A stretch of 64,000 nucleotides of DNA from Takakia lepidozioides (lineage: Eukaryota > Plantae > Bryophyta). Positions 24,841-38,943 of the stretch are shown piece after piece. The notes beneath the pieces are model-generated. The model saw only the letters and a program-made list of their open reading frames with translations, had not been told where the DNA came from and ran no database searches. Made by a program: the position numbers and the translations under genes. The stretch covers positions 7,874,001 through 7,938,000 of the forward strand of contig CM060732.1 in assembly GCA_030704615.1 (NCBI GenBank), in the 5' to 3' direction. Within the stretch, counting starts at the first letter, position 1, and every line of letters begins with the position of its first letter.

Positions 24841-25191
24841 AGGTTGGATCGATGCGCAAGGGATCGACGGTTCGGGGGAGCAGCATGTGGCGCGCGATTA
24901 GGGTTGGGGGATCACTACCGGTCCGAAGGGGGATCAAGCCAGGTCGGGGGAGCGGCGACGTCTCGGGGGAGCGCGCCGTGGATGGGACGAGGGGATCGAC
25001 GACGGGGGGAGCGCCATGTGGCGATGGACGCATCATCGGGCCTTCATTCGGCCGTCATCCATCCCCTACGTGGGAGGATGGCAAGGGGGGTGAGGGCCGG
25101 ATGACCCACATCATCCACTTAATTGAGGTTGGATGGATGGGGAGGGGATCGATGGTTCGGGGGAGCGCCACGTGGTTGGAGATCGGGTGGT

Positions 25192-25229
<38 letters not shown>

Positions 25230-25330
25230 GGGGATGATTTGACATGGGGCGTCCAGCTCGCTGACGAGGCTGCCGGAGCGGGGGTTCCCCGGCTGTACCT
25301 TGCGGGCCGTACCTGTCAGCTCACACGTTT
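24841..25330. repeat. GC-rich segment with repeated GGGATCGA(C/T)GGTTCGGGGGAGC motif and 37-nt poly(G) (25192-25228)
   Basis: Read directly from sequence. Confidence 0.7.
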
Positions 25331-26250
25331 GCAATAAAATCAAGCCACATCCATATTGGGACCGCCTTTCATGAGCTGGGCCAGTCAAGCGGTGGTGGAG
25401 CCTTGGAAAATCCTCAACTCCTCCTTTCTAACTTCACTAATTTACACTTGGAAGCTCCAAAGCGCCAAAAGGAGGGCCCTACTGCCTCATCATGTTCTCT
25501 ACTTACATGAGCTGCCTCATAAATAATTCATTCATACATCCCCTACCTTCCCGACCCCATAGGCGACTCCATTGCTTTCCCAATTTTTTACCTTCAGAAT
25601 TTTATTCATTTAAAGATGGTTCAAGTTCCAATTTACATTAGGGGCAGCGAACTCACCAAAGTAAGGTTGAGGCGGAAGAAGCCCTAGACATAACCCTTGC
25701 CAGAATTTGGGACCCTTATATTATTGAACCCAGCTATATAAAAAGGGGGTGGCTAGCACCTTGGTATAGGGTGTGGTCATAAGACTGTAAAGACACCATA
25801 AATTACTTTTTCTTTTCTTGCAAGAGTCCACAATTGTTGCTAGTCTCTGCTGGCATAAAATGATATTTTTCACTCGGTCATATAGGAATGACATTTTTTG
25901 AGGACTTTTTATGGGAGCAGCTCTCTGATTTGTTGTTAGAATTAGAACAAGCAGCAGCTGCTCAGGGGGGCAACCTATATGTGCATGGGAAGCTGTTTCA
26001 GGTGATTTCTGTTTTGAATGTTGTAGCACGAATGACCAGTTTTTGGATGATTGTCATGTAGATTAAATTCGATCAGTACTATGTAGTCCTCAAATGTCAT
26101 GACCTAGCGGAGAGGACATCTTCGCAGACGCATCCAAATGCTACAATGGCATGGCAGTCAGCGACTGTTGAAAACGTTTGTATAGCAACAATACTCTCAG
26201 TTTTCCTCAGATATTTTCTTGCTTTTTCGAAAGAAAAAGATTTGACTTTG

Positions 26251-29200
26251 TGAGAAATCTGCATATCTTAGTCTATTTTTTAATGAATAAACACAATACA
26301 ATCGGGGGTCTTATACCTTGAAAGCCTTATCTACTCTACCTACCTTATCTAATGAGGCCTTAACTAATGAGGATAAGATAACATGGCCTAACTACAGCTT
26401 TACAAGGTAGAGAAATGCGGAGAGCCTTATGCTAGTTGTCAGACGCTTGCATGAAGCCATGAATAGAGGAGATAGGTTTGATTATGCTAACACCTCCTCT
26501 CAAACCTAATTCTCTTGTTCTAAACGAAATTTTTCCTACAACCTGAGAAGAGAGCGATGGTGCACACGACAGTGCCTAGAGTTTGAGAGTTCATTGAAAG
26601 CACACTTCAATCTGAATTCTTCTTCAATGTGTGGAGTGGCAACACCCCAAGTCTGTCTCTCATCTCTTCAAACTTCCTTTTTCCCAATGGTTTGGTCATC
26701 ATGTCGGCCAACTGATCTTCTGTTGCAACATGCTTGAGATCAATGGTTCCTTGCTGGACTCGTTCCCTGATAAAATGATTGTGAACCTCGATGTGCTTTG
26801 TTCGAGCATGTTGTACTGGGTTTTTAGCAATCTTTACACTGCTCATGTTATCACAAAAGATTTTTGTCGGGTCTCTATTTGAAATCCCGAGCTCGAGAGA
26901 TAGTCTTCTCAGCCAAATGGATTCTTTTGGCCCCTCTACCAAGCTCTTGTATTCTGCCTCTGTAGAACTCAGAGCAACCGTTGGTTGTCTTTTGCTGCAC
27001 CATGTGATGGGTGAACCACCAAGACGAAATACATAGCCTGCAGTTGATCGCCGAGTTTCTTGATCGCCTGCCCAGTCACTATCAGTGTAGCCAGCGATTT
27101 TAGAGGAGCCTCCTCTACGGTAGAGAATCCCTAGGTCTGTTGTTCCTACCATTTGCTGGTACAGGGTTGTGTCAGCTGGCTCTCCTTCCATGTCGGCAAT
27201 TAACTTCACTTTCTGCAACATGGGTGTTTGACAAAAGTTGCACTTGGAAAGACCAAATGTCAAGCATCTTGAGGACATAGTCTCTTTGCGTCATGAACAC
27301 TCCCTCTAGGACATGTATGAACTCAATCCGAAGATAATTATTCATGTGACCTAAGTTAGTCATCTCAAAACGCGACTGCAGTTGATCTATTATCCATTTG
27401 ACCGTCAGTTTGTGATTCCCTGTTATGAGCAGGTCATCTACATAAAGGACCAGAATTGCTAGCTTCCCTCCTTCATTAATATATCACAAGTTGTAATCAG
27501 AATTGATACGTTGCAATCCTTGTGACTGGAGGTAAGTATCTATTTTCTAGTACCAGGCTCGGGGAGCCTGCTTCAGGCCATAGAGTGCCTTGTTCAATCT
27601 ACATACTTTGTTTTCATTTCCTTGAACTATGAAACCATCGGGTTGACTCATAAATACCTCCTCTTGAAGATCTGACCTCGAATTGTTTGGAAAATGCTTC
27701 CCAACATTCGTCTTGGCGTTTAGAATGAACGGAATGATCTGATCCTTCACTGACAACTTGATGATGGATAAGGCCTTGCGATTCTGCCTCTTAAGTAGGA
27801 CGTTGTCCACTGAGATAACATTTGCTGTAGGAGCACTTTCAGTGGAGGAGGTGTTATCCACTGAGGCGATGTTGGAGGTGGTACTTGCAGCGGGTATTGC
27901 AAATGCATGAGCGGTGAGCGCATGAGCATGAGCGGACTTTTCCGAACCTCCCCCGAATCTACACCGAACCACCCTGAAAACAAAAAACGGACTTCCCAGA
28001 AGTCTCATGTGTGGATGTCGATGTACATAAATTGCATTATTTTAAACTTGGTAAGAAGCAACGGAAATAGGGGATAGAATGTCTATATCCGTGCCCCAAT
28101 CTTAGGTGTTATAGTCGCCACAGACTAGAATACAACATACAAAATAGGGGGGAAGAACATCTTCGAATGGGTTCCATTGCAATGTGACGAATGCAAGTTG
28201 GTTGTTATTGTTGCCACCGACTATGTGATCCCATCTAAGAGAACAACCTTTACAAAATTATCAACTAGGTAGATGAGCGAAGGTTGTGTATAGTCGGCAC
28301 CGACTATAGTTTTTTAATATTTTAATATTTTAATATTTTTTAATATTTTAATATTTTCCCGGCACTGACAATAGTCGGCATTGACTATAGTCGGCTGGCT
28401 TTGCCGGACCATGGTAATAGAAAACGGGCCTATTTCCGCGGTAGCTGCTTTCCATCCGTCCGAGCATTATTATGTTATAATCGGCACCGACTACTCAGGT
28501 TCGGTAACTGCCGAACCTACATTTTCTGATCCGAACCTAAGGTCGAAGCCAATGACGATGGAGAACTTGGCACTTTTTTACCGGAAAAGCAGTCCAAAAC
28601 TACCTCCACAAGGGATAAATTTGGCAAAAAATCCATAAAATATGTTCTGCTCATGCTTATTTATGCTCATGCCTCATGCTTAATCCCGCTCACCGCTCAT
28701 GCAACATCCGCACCCCTTGCAGCAGCAGCACGCACCATTGAGCTCGACGTCCTAGTGGGGGCTATCTCAGGCTCAACAAGTTCCCATAAATCCTAGCGCT
28801 CCAAAATACTCTGGATTCTAAATTTCCAGGTGACATAATTTGAGGCTCCTTCTAGTTTGTGAAGCTCAGAAAACGACGATTACCCGACATGATGAACTAC
28901 ATAATATGGGAGATTCTATCTACTAGGAATGCAAATCAGGGAAAAAACAAATAGACGAAGAATTATAAGCAGAGAAGAATAATACATGTGTTGCGCAGAA
29001 CAAGTGAAAGATAATATCTACGTTCTCGTATTGCAGACCCAAGCGTGATCCTAGACGTCGTACAGGTGTAGCTTCACCCTAGACCCTCCTTACAGGCTGA
29101 ACTGTATCAACCCTGGGAGTTCATGCAGAATACTTCTCTACTCTGTGCAGAAACACTACTTGTCTAAGCTAAGTTCCTAGCTCTGATACCATGAGAAATC

Positions 29201-29451
29201 TGCATATCTTAGTCTACTTTTTAATGAATAAACACAATACAATCAGGGGTCTTATACCCTGAAAGCCTTATCTACTCTACCTACCTTATCTAATGAGGCC
29301 TTAACTACTCTACCTACCTTAACTAATGAGGATCAGATAACATGGCCTAACTACAGCTTTACAAGGTAGAGAAATGCGGAGAGCCTTATGCTAGTTGTCA
29401 GACGCTTGCATGAAGCCATGAATAGAGGAGATAGGTTTGATTATGCTAACA
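26251..29451 (-). mobile_element. Ty1/copia element, internally deleted (LTRs 26251-26492 and 29192-29451)
   Basis: Near-identical TG...CA LTRs; tRNA-Met PBS TGGTATCAGAGC at 29180-29191; PPT next to 26492; TSD CTTTG/CTTTA; RT/RH motifs [40 protein letters not shown]; protease and integrase missing. Confidence 0.95.
27892..28715. mobile_element. Non-autonomous TIR element (hAT-like MITE) nested in copia gag
   Basis: 8-bp TSD CTTGCAGC; imperfect TIRs GGGT...CATGAGCGGTGAGCG; internal CCGACTAT repeats. Confidence 0.75.
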
Positions 29452-31051
29452 CTTTAGACCATGCTTACAATTTCTTAGACCCATCTGGCTCAGGTGGAAG
29501 AAGTGCCAGATCATTTCTGTTGGTGGCTGCAAGCCCACCTGACTTTCACTCAGACTGATTTCCTGTGGAAAGTCACCGCACGATACCGAACAATCTATTT
29601 CCACAGGCTCTGCTGTACAGAGACAAAGAAATTTGTACAAAAACGATTCATCTCTCCACTTCAGTATCATCCTGGGGAGATCCTGGACAGGTTTTGTGCA
29701 TAATCTCTCTCTTTGATCAATGTTCCATTTGTACCATGTTTGCTAGAAATGATGAAAACTAGAACACTATTAGTGCTGGTCAGGTACAGTGGTCTCATTT
29801 GGTGAGCCATGCTGCCATCAAGAGTTTCGAGGCTCAAGCTACCTTGGAACAAGAGTTCATTGTCTGTTGGGCCTCCCACTATCTCTTTTGCAATTGGGAC
29901 TTGGGGATTGCTACTAGGTTAAAGTGGCATGTCATGCCTCCTGCTTGTTTTCTTCCTCCTCGGAGGGTTATTGGTTCTATTAGTAAATCTCTTCCTGCCC
30001 CTGCGGCGCCAAAAAAAGAAAACTTGACGGAGCGTATAAACAACGTCTTGTCGTGCAACAAAATGACCTCAAATCCCTACGATGCAAGAAACAAAGACTA
30101 ATTGCTTGCAAAGAACAAATTGACAAATTTGCGTCGCGAAAGAGTTGCTCTATTTGGAATTTTGGCAGAGCGGTAGAGCTCTCGAGAGCGCCGCCCCTGT
30201 GAACACTGGTACCGTTCTATGAAATCCTCGTGCAAATATTGGACCTCCTAGACAGTTCTCAGATCAGAGAAACAGTGCACGCTTTGCACATGTATGTACA
30301 GTCAAATCCCATGTCAGAATCCACAATTCTGAAGCAACTTGTCCATTACTCATGCCCTGCTAGGCTCCATTGCTTGCAAGAACTGAATGTATCCTGTACA
30401 ACGACTTCTTCTGCTATCAAAACATATTCAAGGCCTTTCGGCCTCCAGGCTCGCTCTTTCAGATTGAAATTACATCCAGGGGCGAACTTATTTACACATT
30501 GGAGGATAATAGAACAAAAGCAGCTTCGTCCGAGCCACCTTATTACAATGCTTCACAACTAATTTCTTGCAAAGCCGCTCGAGAGAGAAATTGGAAGGTC
30601 GAGTGTGAAACCCTACTTGCAGTTTCACTGCCCTTCTCTAGAGACTTTCATACTTTGCTGGTTTGTTCCGCACGACTGAAAGGATCGTCTGGACCCCTTG
30701 GTCAGGGCCTCTTACCTCGACTAAACCTGCAGCCGACACTGTGAAGGCCCATATCCCAAGTGCTAACTTTTGGACTAACCTGAAGTGACCATTCCTGCTG
30801 ATGGTTATGTAAGGTTTTCAACACTGTAAGTATTATATTGCTCGATTACGTTGAGCTCGAGCCTCAATTCCTAAACTTCAAGACTTGATTACACCTGTTG
30901 TCACGTCAACAATTTGTGTACATATGATGGTAGCTGGTGCTCCTGAAGGAACTATAGTGGAAAGGGAGGGGGGCTTGGCTGGCAGAATGACTGTCCCACT
31001 TCTGGTCATTCTGCGCCCATTCTACCTGTTGACCGCCACACTCGCTTTCGC

Positions 31052-32071
31052 TTATGCAAGGAGTTTGCAGAAGGGAAATTTTAAGAAATTGGAGTGCGCT
31101 GAGGGTATCTCTATATTGACCCTTCCATTGGAGACATGACTCGTGTCCGCAAAGTTCTTTGAGGATGAAGAATGAACTTCTTGCTCATGCTGCTGCAGTT
31201 GGCTTGTGGACGACCATTCTGATCCACCTTGCAATTCTAAGGGCTGCTGCTCCTCCTGGCACACTACTGACGACGGGAAACTCCCAGCAGTGGTTCCAGG
31301 AATTTGGCAAGCATCGTCTTCACCCAAGTTCTCATGCCCAGCACTGGAGCAAGAGGGTGGAGATTCTCGGCGATATCGTAACTGGGCGTTCGAGGTTGGT
31401 AAGCGGCAGTCTTTCTTGAGAAAAAGGGAGTGGTAGGCTCCGTCTGTTTCCATGATTTCGTCCTCCTGATCAGATTGCGACCTCTCTGTGATTGTGCCAG
31501 TCTCCCTCAAACCTGGACCTGCCTTCGTCCTTGCCATCTGCTGGTTGTGCCGGTTAATCCCCTCCATATGCGTACAGGACTTCGTAACTTCTTGTTGCAA
31601 CAGACAAGCCCTGGTGACGAGCAAGTCATACAAGGCGTCCAAGTGCTGTAGCATGTGCTGAAGCTCGTGCACACCCAAGCCTGTCATATCTTGTTGCCAC
31701 CAGAACGGGCGCATCATAAGGCGATGGTGGACTTCCTTCTCAGCAGCCAGCAGCTGGAGTACCTCCTTCTGTTGCTGCTCCAGGGCCTGCACCTGCTGCA
31801 GCTTTTGATGGGCTATGTCGCTGCTCGACACTGTGCTGCTGCAAGCCGGAGTGTCACGCATCAGCGTCTTGTCAACCACATAGTCAATGCAAGGATGACC
31901 GAATGAGAACGCCTTACCCGCCTGCGAGAACACAATTATGCCCACCTCCGACCCACACAAGATTGAGAGCTCACTGGCCTTCTTGATCAAACCCACTCGC
32001 CTTTTGGAAAAACAAACCTGCCTTGCACTTGGATTCTCTATCTTCTTGATCTCGATCTTTGCACGCCCCAT
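31052..32071 (-). CDS. Type I (M-alpha-like) MADS-box transcription factor, single exon, 339 aa
   Basis: [40 protein letters not shown]...FSFGHP; FWW motif; no K-box exon structure. Confidence 0.93.
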   Translation of the reverse strand: MGRAKIEIKKIENPSARQVCFSKRRVGLIKKASELSILCGSEVGIIVFSQAGKAFSFGHPCIDYVVDKTLMRDTPACSSTVSSSDIAHQKLQQVQALEQQQKEVLQLLAAEKEVHHRLMMRPFWWQQDMTGLGVHELQHMLQHLDALYDLLVTRACLLQQEVTKSCTHMEGINRHNQQMARTKAGPGLRETGTITERSQSDQEDEIMETDGAYHSLFLKKDCRLPTSNAQLRYRRESPPSCSSAGHENLGEDDACQIPGTTAGSFPSSVVCQEEQQPLELQGGSEWSSTSQLQQHEQEVHSSSSKNFADTSHVSNGRVNIEIPSAHSNFLKFPFCKLLA

Positions 32072-33582
32072 GGTTGAGGCTCACCTGCAATCCTCCCCAC
32101 CCGCTGTATATACTATTCTCACAACCAAGAGCCGCCGTGCCTGCTGCCGACCTTTTCCTCATCTTTCTGACACGGATTCGCGTTAGAAAAGGGGCCCCAG
32201 GAATGTCGGCTTACTGCACTGCAGTGTCACTTGAACAAATCTCTCACTCAGCACGTATCTGCAGCTCTCTCCAATGCCCCCCTGCCACCATACCTGCCTC
32301 TTGCCATCCTCAGCAACAACACGGGAGCTGCCGCTCACATTTCTCTTGGATGCCTGTCACCACCATTTTGGTCGCATTGACATGCTGCACATATGTCACC
32401 ACGTGTAAGCCTCCAAATCCCTAACACCACCATCTTCAGTCGCCTCATCACCAGCTTTGCCGAATTTGCTTGATGATTCTTGTTACTGTACCTAAATCTA
32501 CAAAACAGGCCTCTATTTGATATAGTTTCCACTTTTCTGTATGGCCAACACGTAGGTGTAATTTGCTTGCGTTCATCAAAGACGTCACTCTTTCTTCTTG
32601 AGTCGTCTTGCACCAATTTCGCCAAGTAACCAACAGGAATTCCTGCGTCATTCTGAAACTTCTACACACAGTTCCATTGTGTGTTCATTTGTGGATTCAT
32701 GCTGAATTGCCTGGGCTATGCTGTTTGGTTGGGATGCGGTGATATAATTTTAGTTTCAAGCATCGGGAAAGAGGCATTGGAAGTGGCAGGCTCAAGGCTT
32801 TTGCATCTACTCTCCTTCATCTGGCCTTCTACAGTGGTGCCACAGACAAGGACAGAGGGAAGCATCTTGCTTCAGCAGCCTACTTACTGGACAGCCGTAT
32901 GTGAACTTGAATATTTGTGAGGGACAGTGTGCAGAAGGTTATGGAGAATGCAGAAAGTATGATCTACACTGCTTCCCAATAGAGATCTGAAATGAATTGC
33001 TGCAGAGGACAAGAGTTGGCTCCACACTGTTGCCAAAGACAGGCTTCGGCTAGAGCAGAGTCTCTAGGTACATTAATTTGCCACTTTACATCAGTGCTCT
33101 CCACACAGCAGGGGAGAAGGATGGGGCAGTTTACAAGCAACAGGGGAAAAGGATTGAGCATTAGACACTCTGCGAGGAATAGGGGCCAAAGTACAAATTG
33201 GCGTCTCTCCCTTACTGTGCGAAGGTAACAACACGTCAAACACATGTCAGTGCCATACGGCGCGGCACTCACTCAAGGAAATCTTGTTCCCGAAACAATG
33301 CATCTTTTCAAAACAGCGAACCATAAGACTGCTTTCAATCTTCTAAACTCACAAGTTGCCATCCAATACAAGCAAGTACCTTGAAGTTGCACACAGGAAT
33401 CGCCAACCAGCTCTGGACGGCAGTCATAAAAATGAACCACCTTGATGGTTTATCTTCCAAAAAAGATCAATTTGGCTGCATGTTGCAAATAGGGATACAA
33501 TCTGGCATAAGCTAGACAGGACAAAGAGAGCACGAATTTCGGGGGAGCATGTGTGGATGGAGGTGAACATTCGGGAGGCAGT

Positions 33583-35476
33583 CTATTTTCGTTTCCCACC
33601 CTTGGCACTCTTGCCACCCTTGCCACCCCTGCCACCCTTGGTGGTAACTCTAGTTCTCTTCTTGGCTGCTGACGCAGACGTTCGGCCACCACCAGCTTCT
33701 CTAAAAGGCATCCCCATTAGTGACAGCAGCTTCTGGCCTTCCCCATCCGTCCTCGCTGTGGTGATGATGCAGATGTCCATACCGCGCTCCTTGTCAATAT
33801 TCTCGAATTTAATCTCAGGGAACACACTCTGCTCTGGCAATCCCAGCGTGTAGTTTCCTTTGCCGTCAAAACTGTAAGGATTCACCCCTTGAAAATCACG
33901 GGTCCTGGGCAGCGCCAAGTTCATCAACCTATCCAAAAAGGAGTACATCAACTGCACCATCAGGAACACCAATTAGAGGGACTTCTTCGAGAAAATAAAT
34001 GTAGTGGTAGAAATTTCCAGCTTTCAATCTCCTTGGTCATATCATGGATTCAAACCCCACTGATGTCCCAATGCCCCATCTACTTGCCTAGTGAATTGGA
34101 CATGTTCAGAATGTCAGAAGCCACTGCCAGCACAGCATTCTGTAGACAACCACTTGGGGTCTCCGATTTGGTGGCATCCTTTGGTATAAAGCCCAGAGAA
34201 GACTTTGCAAAATCATGTGCTGAGGAATTTCATTTGGAAATTCTGATGCAATAGGTTACAGATGGCTGCATGATCAGCAGACTGTAGCTACATTTGTCTT
34301 GCTACATGAGCTACATGAGTGAGGAAACACGTTCACTAAAGTTTGAGGCACGACCCTAAATTTACATTCCTCCTTTTACAGTTTTGGCATTGCTGAGAGA
34401 GTGCACATCTGCTTCCTCTGTTATTAGGTTCAAGAATAGTTCTGAAAGCCCACAGCCCCAACACTGTCTAGCAGGAACCACACAAGGATTTCTCAGAGCT
34501 GACACAGTGGGCATTATCCATGGCAATCCTACATTTCACCTAAAGGTTTAAATGTGCCTCCAAACCGTTAAACCCAGGATCTAGAGACATGTGGGACCAT
34601 CTTCCTGGCATCCCTCATGTAGAAAATCCTCCCATCACTAAGTGGCATTGTTCCGTATGACTAGTGCAACGACCATTGGAAAAATGATTATCATTTCTGA
34701 ACCCTCCCCAGACATGCACCTCAGCAGAAACCGGTTCCTAATTCCTATTGGAGAGAATGTACTCATGAGACGTTGTTTGCCGTAGCCATGTGGCCATTGA
34801 CCCTTACTGGAGAGAGAGAGGGAGAGACCTTCTGACTTCAATAGATAAGGCAGACAAGTCTACCTCTCCACGCAATGTGAGGCAGACTCCTACGGGCACC
34901 CCCTCGCGAAGCTTAAAGCCAGCTATGGCTTTCCTGGAGCGGGTGACCACCGCCTTCTGTCCGGTTATCAATGCTACGTCGCGGATTGTTGATTCAAGAG
35001 CTTTAGCATTCTGTGATGCCTCCCCCACCCCGCAATTCACCACCACCTTCCTCATGCGCGGCACCTGTCAAAAAGATCGAATAGGGAAGGGGGTCGTAAC
35101 TGTTTGTATATATGGACCACGGAAGTGTCGAACCCCAACATGCAATTTGAAAGAGAGGAAGAGATTAGGAGCAGAAGCACACCTCAAGGGGATTATCATA
35201 TTTGTATTCCTCTTTCAAAGAAGCAACCACCTTATCCTCATACAGAGCCTTCAAGCGTGGCACCTTGCGTTCTGTCTCACTTTCTACCGTTGCAACCGCC
35301 ATAGCTAAGGGAGCCATCCAGCCCTTACTCCTGGCAGAGCCAACTTGTATTCTCACTGGATTTGCCTGCAATCCAGAACCAAGAAACTCATTCCCAATTT
35401 CCAGCCCCATCAGAGATTTAGAGGGAGCTGCAGCTGTGAGACTCAGAGAAGCCATCGACAAAGACATGGCTGCCAT
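33583..35476 (-). CDS. RPL5: Plastid 50S ribosomal protein L5 precursor; exons 35476-35183, 35064-34864, 33951-33583 (287 aa)
   Basis: Ser/Ala-rich transit peptide; [57 protein letters not shown]; phase-0 GT-AG junctions join in frame. Confidence 0.95.
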
Positions 35477-36605
35477 CTCCAGAGATTCCCTTGGATCTCT
35501 CACTTAAACCTCTCTCTGTGAGCAGCACCTTATCTGCTTGTTTGTGTGGGTCAGATCTTCGTCCGTTCCTCCATTTCTCGTTCGTTCACTCTCGTTCCCT
35601 TTTTTAAAATGACCTTAACAGATAAAAGAAAGGAGTAGCTGTTGGGAAGTAAGAAGTAAAAGTAAGTAAAGTTTTTTTTAACGTCCAATGAATTTACGTC
35701 CAGAAGAAAAGTAGCTTAGAGGAGTCGAAGCCAAGCCAACTGAAACAAGTCACAGCCTTGGCCGCTTGCATCTAATCATCTAAGCTATAATTCTTGTCCC
35801 ATAACCCTAGACACTCTTCCTTTTTCTGTGCAGAGACTGAATGAGAGGAGCACATCTCTGAGATGAACAACACACTGGTGCCCAGCTCTACCATTGCCAC
35901 ATTGCTCCCCGCAAGTCTCAGAGGGAAGAGGCGCGGGCAAGACCAAATTTCAAACCTCTTCACAAGAGACCTCCACAAGGCTGGAAAAGCCATAAGGGCA
36001 AGAAGCTAAGAGGCAACAAAATAAAAGAGGCCAGATACCCCAACAAGAGGCAAGAGCCCTCAGAAAACAAGAAGCCTGAGCTTCTCAAAGTATACACAGC
36101 CAAATTCCCAAATAATTTTCAGAAGGTTTGGACATGGAGTTTGGGATGCATCACAATGAACCGTGATGTGAAAAGTACTCAAGGATAAGCACCCATTTCA
36201 CATGACACATTTTGAGCTCACCAGCAAGTCACGGGGACATACATTATTGATATGGGTTAAGCACTCACTTTCCTGCGCTCTCTGCAATATAAGGCGCATC
36301 CCTTAAGTACGAGGGATGGATACAACTGTGCACAATGCATTTGTTGACTGCCTGCATGTATATAATCCATAAAATTGGTTGGGGGAAAGCTATGATGTGT
36401 TGACTGGAGAGAACATTTTGTTGTTCAAGTAGCTATGATAGAGTACATGAGTATAGCAATAAGCTTGTGCGAGCGGACAATGGATGCCTTGCTACAAGAC
36501 CGATCGGAAAATACACACTATCAAATCTTACTTAAGAGAGAAACCTCAACACACACTAATAAGGCTTTTCAGATTGGCAGCAGGACAGAAATATCGTATC
36601 GTCCA

Positions 36606-36741
36606 GAACGGAAATGCGGCGCCCCATTTCCATCCAACATGTAAACCATGTGACATTGGAACGGAAATGCGGCACCGCATTTCTGTCCGCGGTGTACCTT
36701 TCTACTTTCCTGGACGGAAATGCGGCGCCGCATTTCCGTCC
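36606..36741. repeat. Three 30-bp palindromes at 53-bp period
   Basis: GGACGGAAATGCGGCGCCGCATTTCCGTCC (perfect at 36712-36741; variants at 36606 and 36659). Confidence 0.9.
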
Positions 36742-36749
36742 GAGGTGTA

Positions 36750-37430
36750 CATTTGTATTGAGGATCATGTGATACCCTCAACACAAGATCAGCGACAACA
36801 TTATTTCATGCAAGTTGAAAGTGACGCAGAAGCAGATGGTGAAGCCACCAGTGAGCAGACGATCACTCAGTCCAACAGTCCGTCCCCATCAGCTGAAATA
36901 GACATGGTTCCTGCATTGATTCATCGAGACAACATTTCAAACTTCCTAACCTTACCAGAGATTCCAGTACCGACACGACGTCAACGACCTGCAGACTCTA
37001 CCGAACCATTCATTGATTATAGCAAATCGATATTGATGACTTCAGATGATTATTTGATATCATTGGAGCAGAAATCTGCACGGAAAGAGGAAGCTCCCAG
37101 GCTTAGGGAAGAACGGAGGGCAGCACTAGTTTTGGCCAAGGAACGAAGGGCAGCTGAGAAGATAAAGAAAATGCAAAACGCCAGAGGGGTGAGGATCGGC
37201 AGGCCATGAAACGATTCAATGAGGCCTGGTCTGCAAAGTCATGCACTGCGGCTGGAGAGAGGCTCCACGAGGCAATCAGAACACAAGCACCAATCCCTCC
37301 TAGCGCGTACAGAGGAGTGTTTTAGGGAATGCTCCTCCCATTTGCCGAAGGAACATGAAAATTGCTATTCAACGTAGAGCAGCGAGGAAAGCCGGACAAG
37401 ACATTTCAAACTTGCAGCTCATAGAATCTC
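36750..37430 (+). pseudogene. Possible DNA-transposase C-terminal remnant (pogo-like?)
   Basis: DYSKSILMTSDDYL...EQK...K followed by a charged coiled coil; no catalytic core visible. Confidence 0.3.
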
Positions 37431-37490
37431 CCTAGGGTGTACAGACCATCTATAAATCAGAAGTGAAAGGTTGCGGTTGTTCAAGGCTTC

Positions 37491-37590
37491 CAGATCTGAA
37501 AGGATGCAAGACATGAATGACTAAGATCAGATCTGAAAGGATGGAAGACTACGATCAGATCTGAAAGGATACAAGACATGTATGACTTAC
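37491..37590. repeat. Three CAGATCTGAAAGGAT.CAAGAC tandem units
   Basis: Read directly from sequence. Confidence 0.75.
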
Positions 37591-38943
37591 TTACCCAAAC
37601 TTAGAAATTTGAACTGTGAGGGCCCCAAAGACAGATTTGTACACATCAGATTTGGAGGTAGATATCAGCACAAGATGAAGTCAGTGACTCCCATAAACTG
37701 GACCTTTAACATGCTCATTTCGGCAGCATCCTAGCAGGTATCGTTAGACATCAATGTGCGGATCTGTATACTAGTATGTCTTGCAATGTGGATTACTCCA
37801 CTAGTAGAGAGGAAATCTGTTGGTTCTGAGTTCTAAGAGCCTCCCACTAAAGATGTTCAGCAAGAATTGTGACATGTACATTATGCATGTTGTGTACCAT
37901 TAGAGAAATATTCATGTGCTTGCATTGTGGAAAAACAGTCAATTGTCAGGGTTTTCTGTGGGGTATTTGTACATGCACTGGAGAAGGTGGTTGCCTACGC
38001 TCTTACGAGGGTCCTTGGACGGATTAAGGTTTGCGTTGGTTATTCTCTGGTTATTTTTTGATGCGCAAATGTGGTGGCTATTTGAGCTCGTGTGTTCCTA
38101 CGTGAGGCTTTGACTGTTAGGCAATCCCTTGACCTGGGGGCTCCAAAAACTAAGTTCACACCATTGCTCACCAACTTAGATCTCATTTTATTTTATTGCT
38201 GGAAGGTCCTGATATGGGTTTCTAATTGAATGCAGAAGAAGGACCATTGTCGGTGAAGAGTAAAAGTTCCTGGAGTATTTGTCTACAGACAGGCTGGCGC
38301 TGTACCCTTTTCATTTTGTGGTTTTTGCTCGATTCTAGAAACGTTCTTTGCTACTGGAAAATGGATACTAGCCATTGTTGCCCATAACTTAGATAGTAGG
38401 ATTCCAGCAGGTTCAATGGGAGCAAGAAGTTAGAACACAATGCAGATGGGAGTGACCTGCAAATTTGATTTAGTCACATGGTGGCCAACCAATCTATCTA
38501 ATTTACTTGGAACTGGTGTGGTGTAACTATTGTGGCAATTGTTTATAAATATGACATGGTCCTCAACACTTTTGGCCTTACAAATAAGGCAGTTGTGAGC
38601 ACATTGTTTTGTAACCTGTATCGGACTTGCAAGTGGGGCGCCGGCGGATCCAAGGGTTTTATCTTGCGATTTGTAAGTCATACTTCCCTATGTATTTTGT
38701 CATGTCTTCTTTCTGGCTCCATCATCATGAAGAACTGACTTTAATTTGTAGCATGTGTAGCAACGCGCGTTTGAGAGGAAGCCATCTCCGGTAGAGTACA
38801 ACTACGCCAATGAGCATGGTTGACAATCCCTCATGAAGAACATGACCAACACGGAGGGGATGAGTGCACTACAGGGCACTAGTATGGATGAGGGCGGGGG
38901 TCATGGCCAGGGATTGGATGAGAGATCTGTGGGACTTAGGGGA

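Noticed and set aside
29452-30750. Possible decayed LINE or gene fragments beside the copia (also 25560-26250, 37700-38940)
   Set aside because: Only weak hints (e.g. DFLWK); no motif set sufficient for a call.
36606-36741. CRISPR-like repeat-spacer array
   Set aside because: Eukaryotic context, only three repeats, partly shared spacer sequence, no cas genes.
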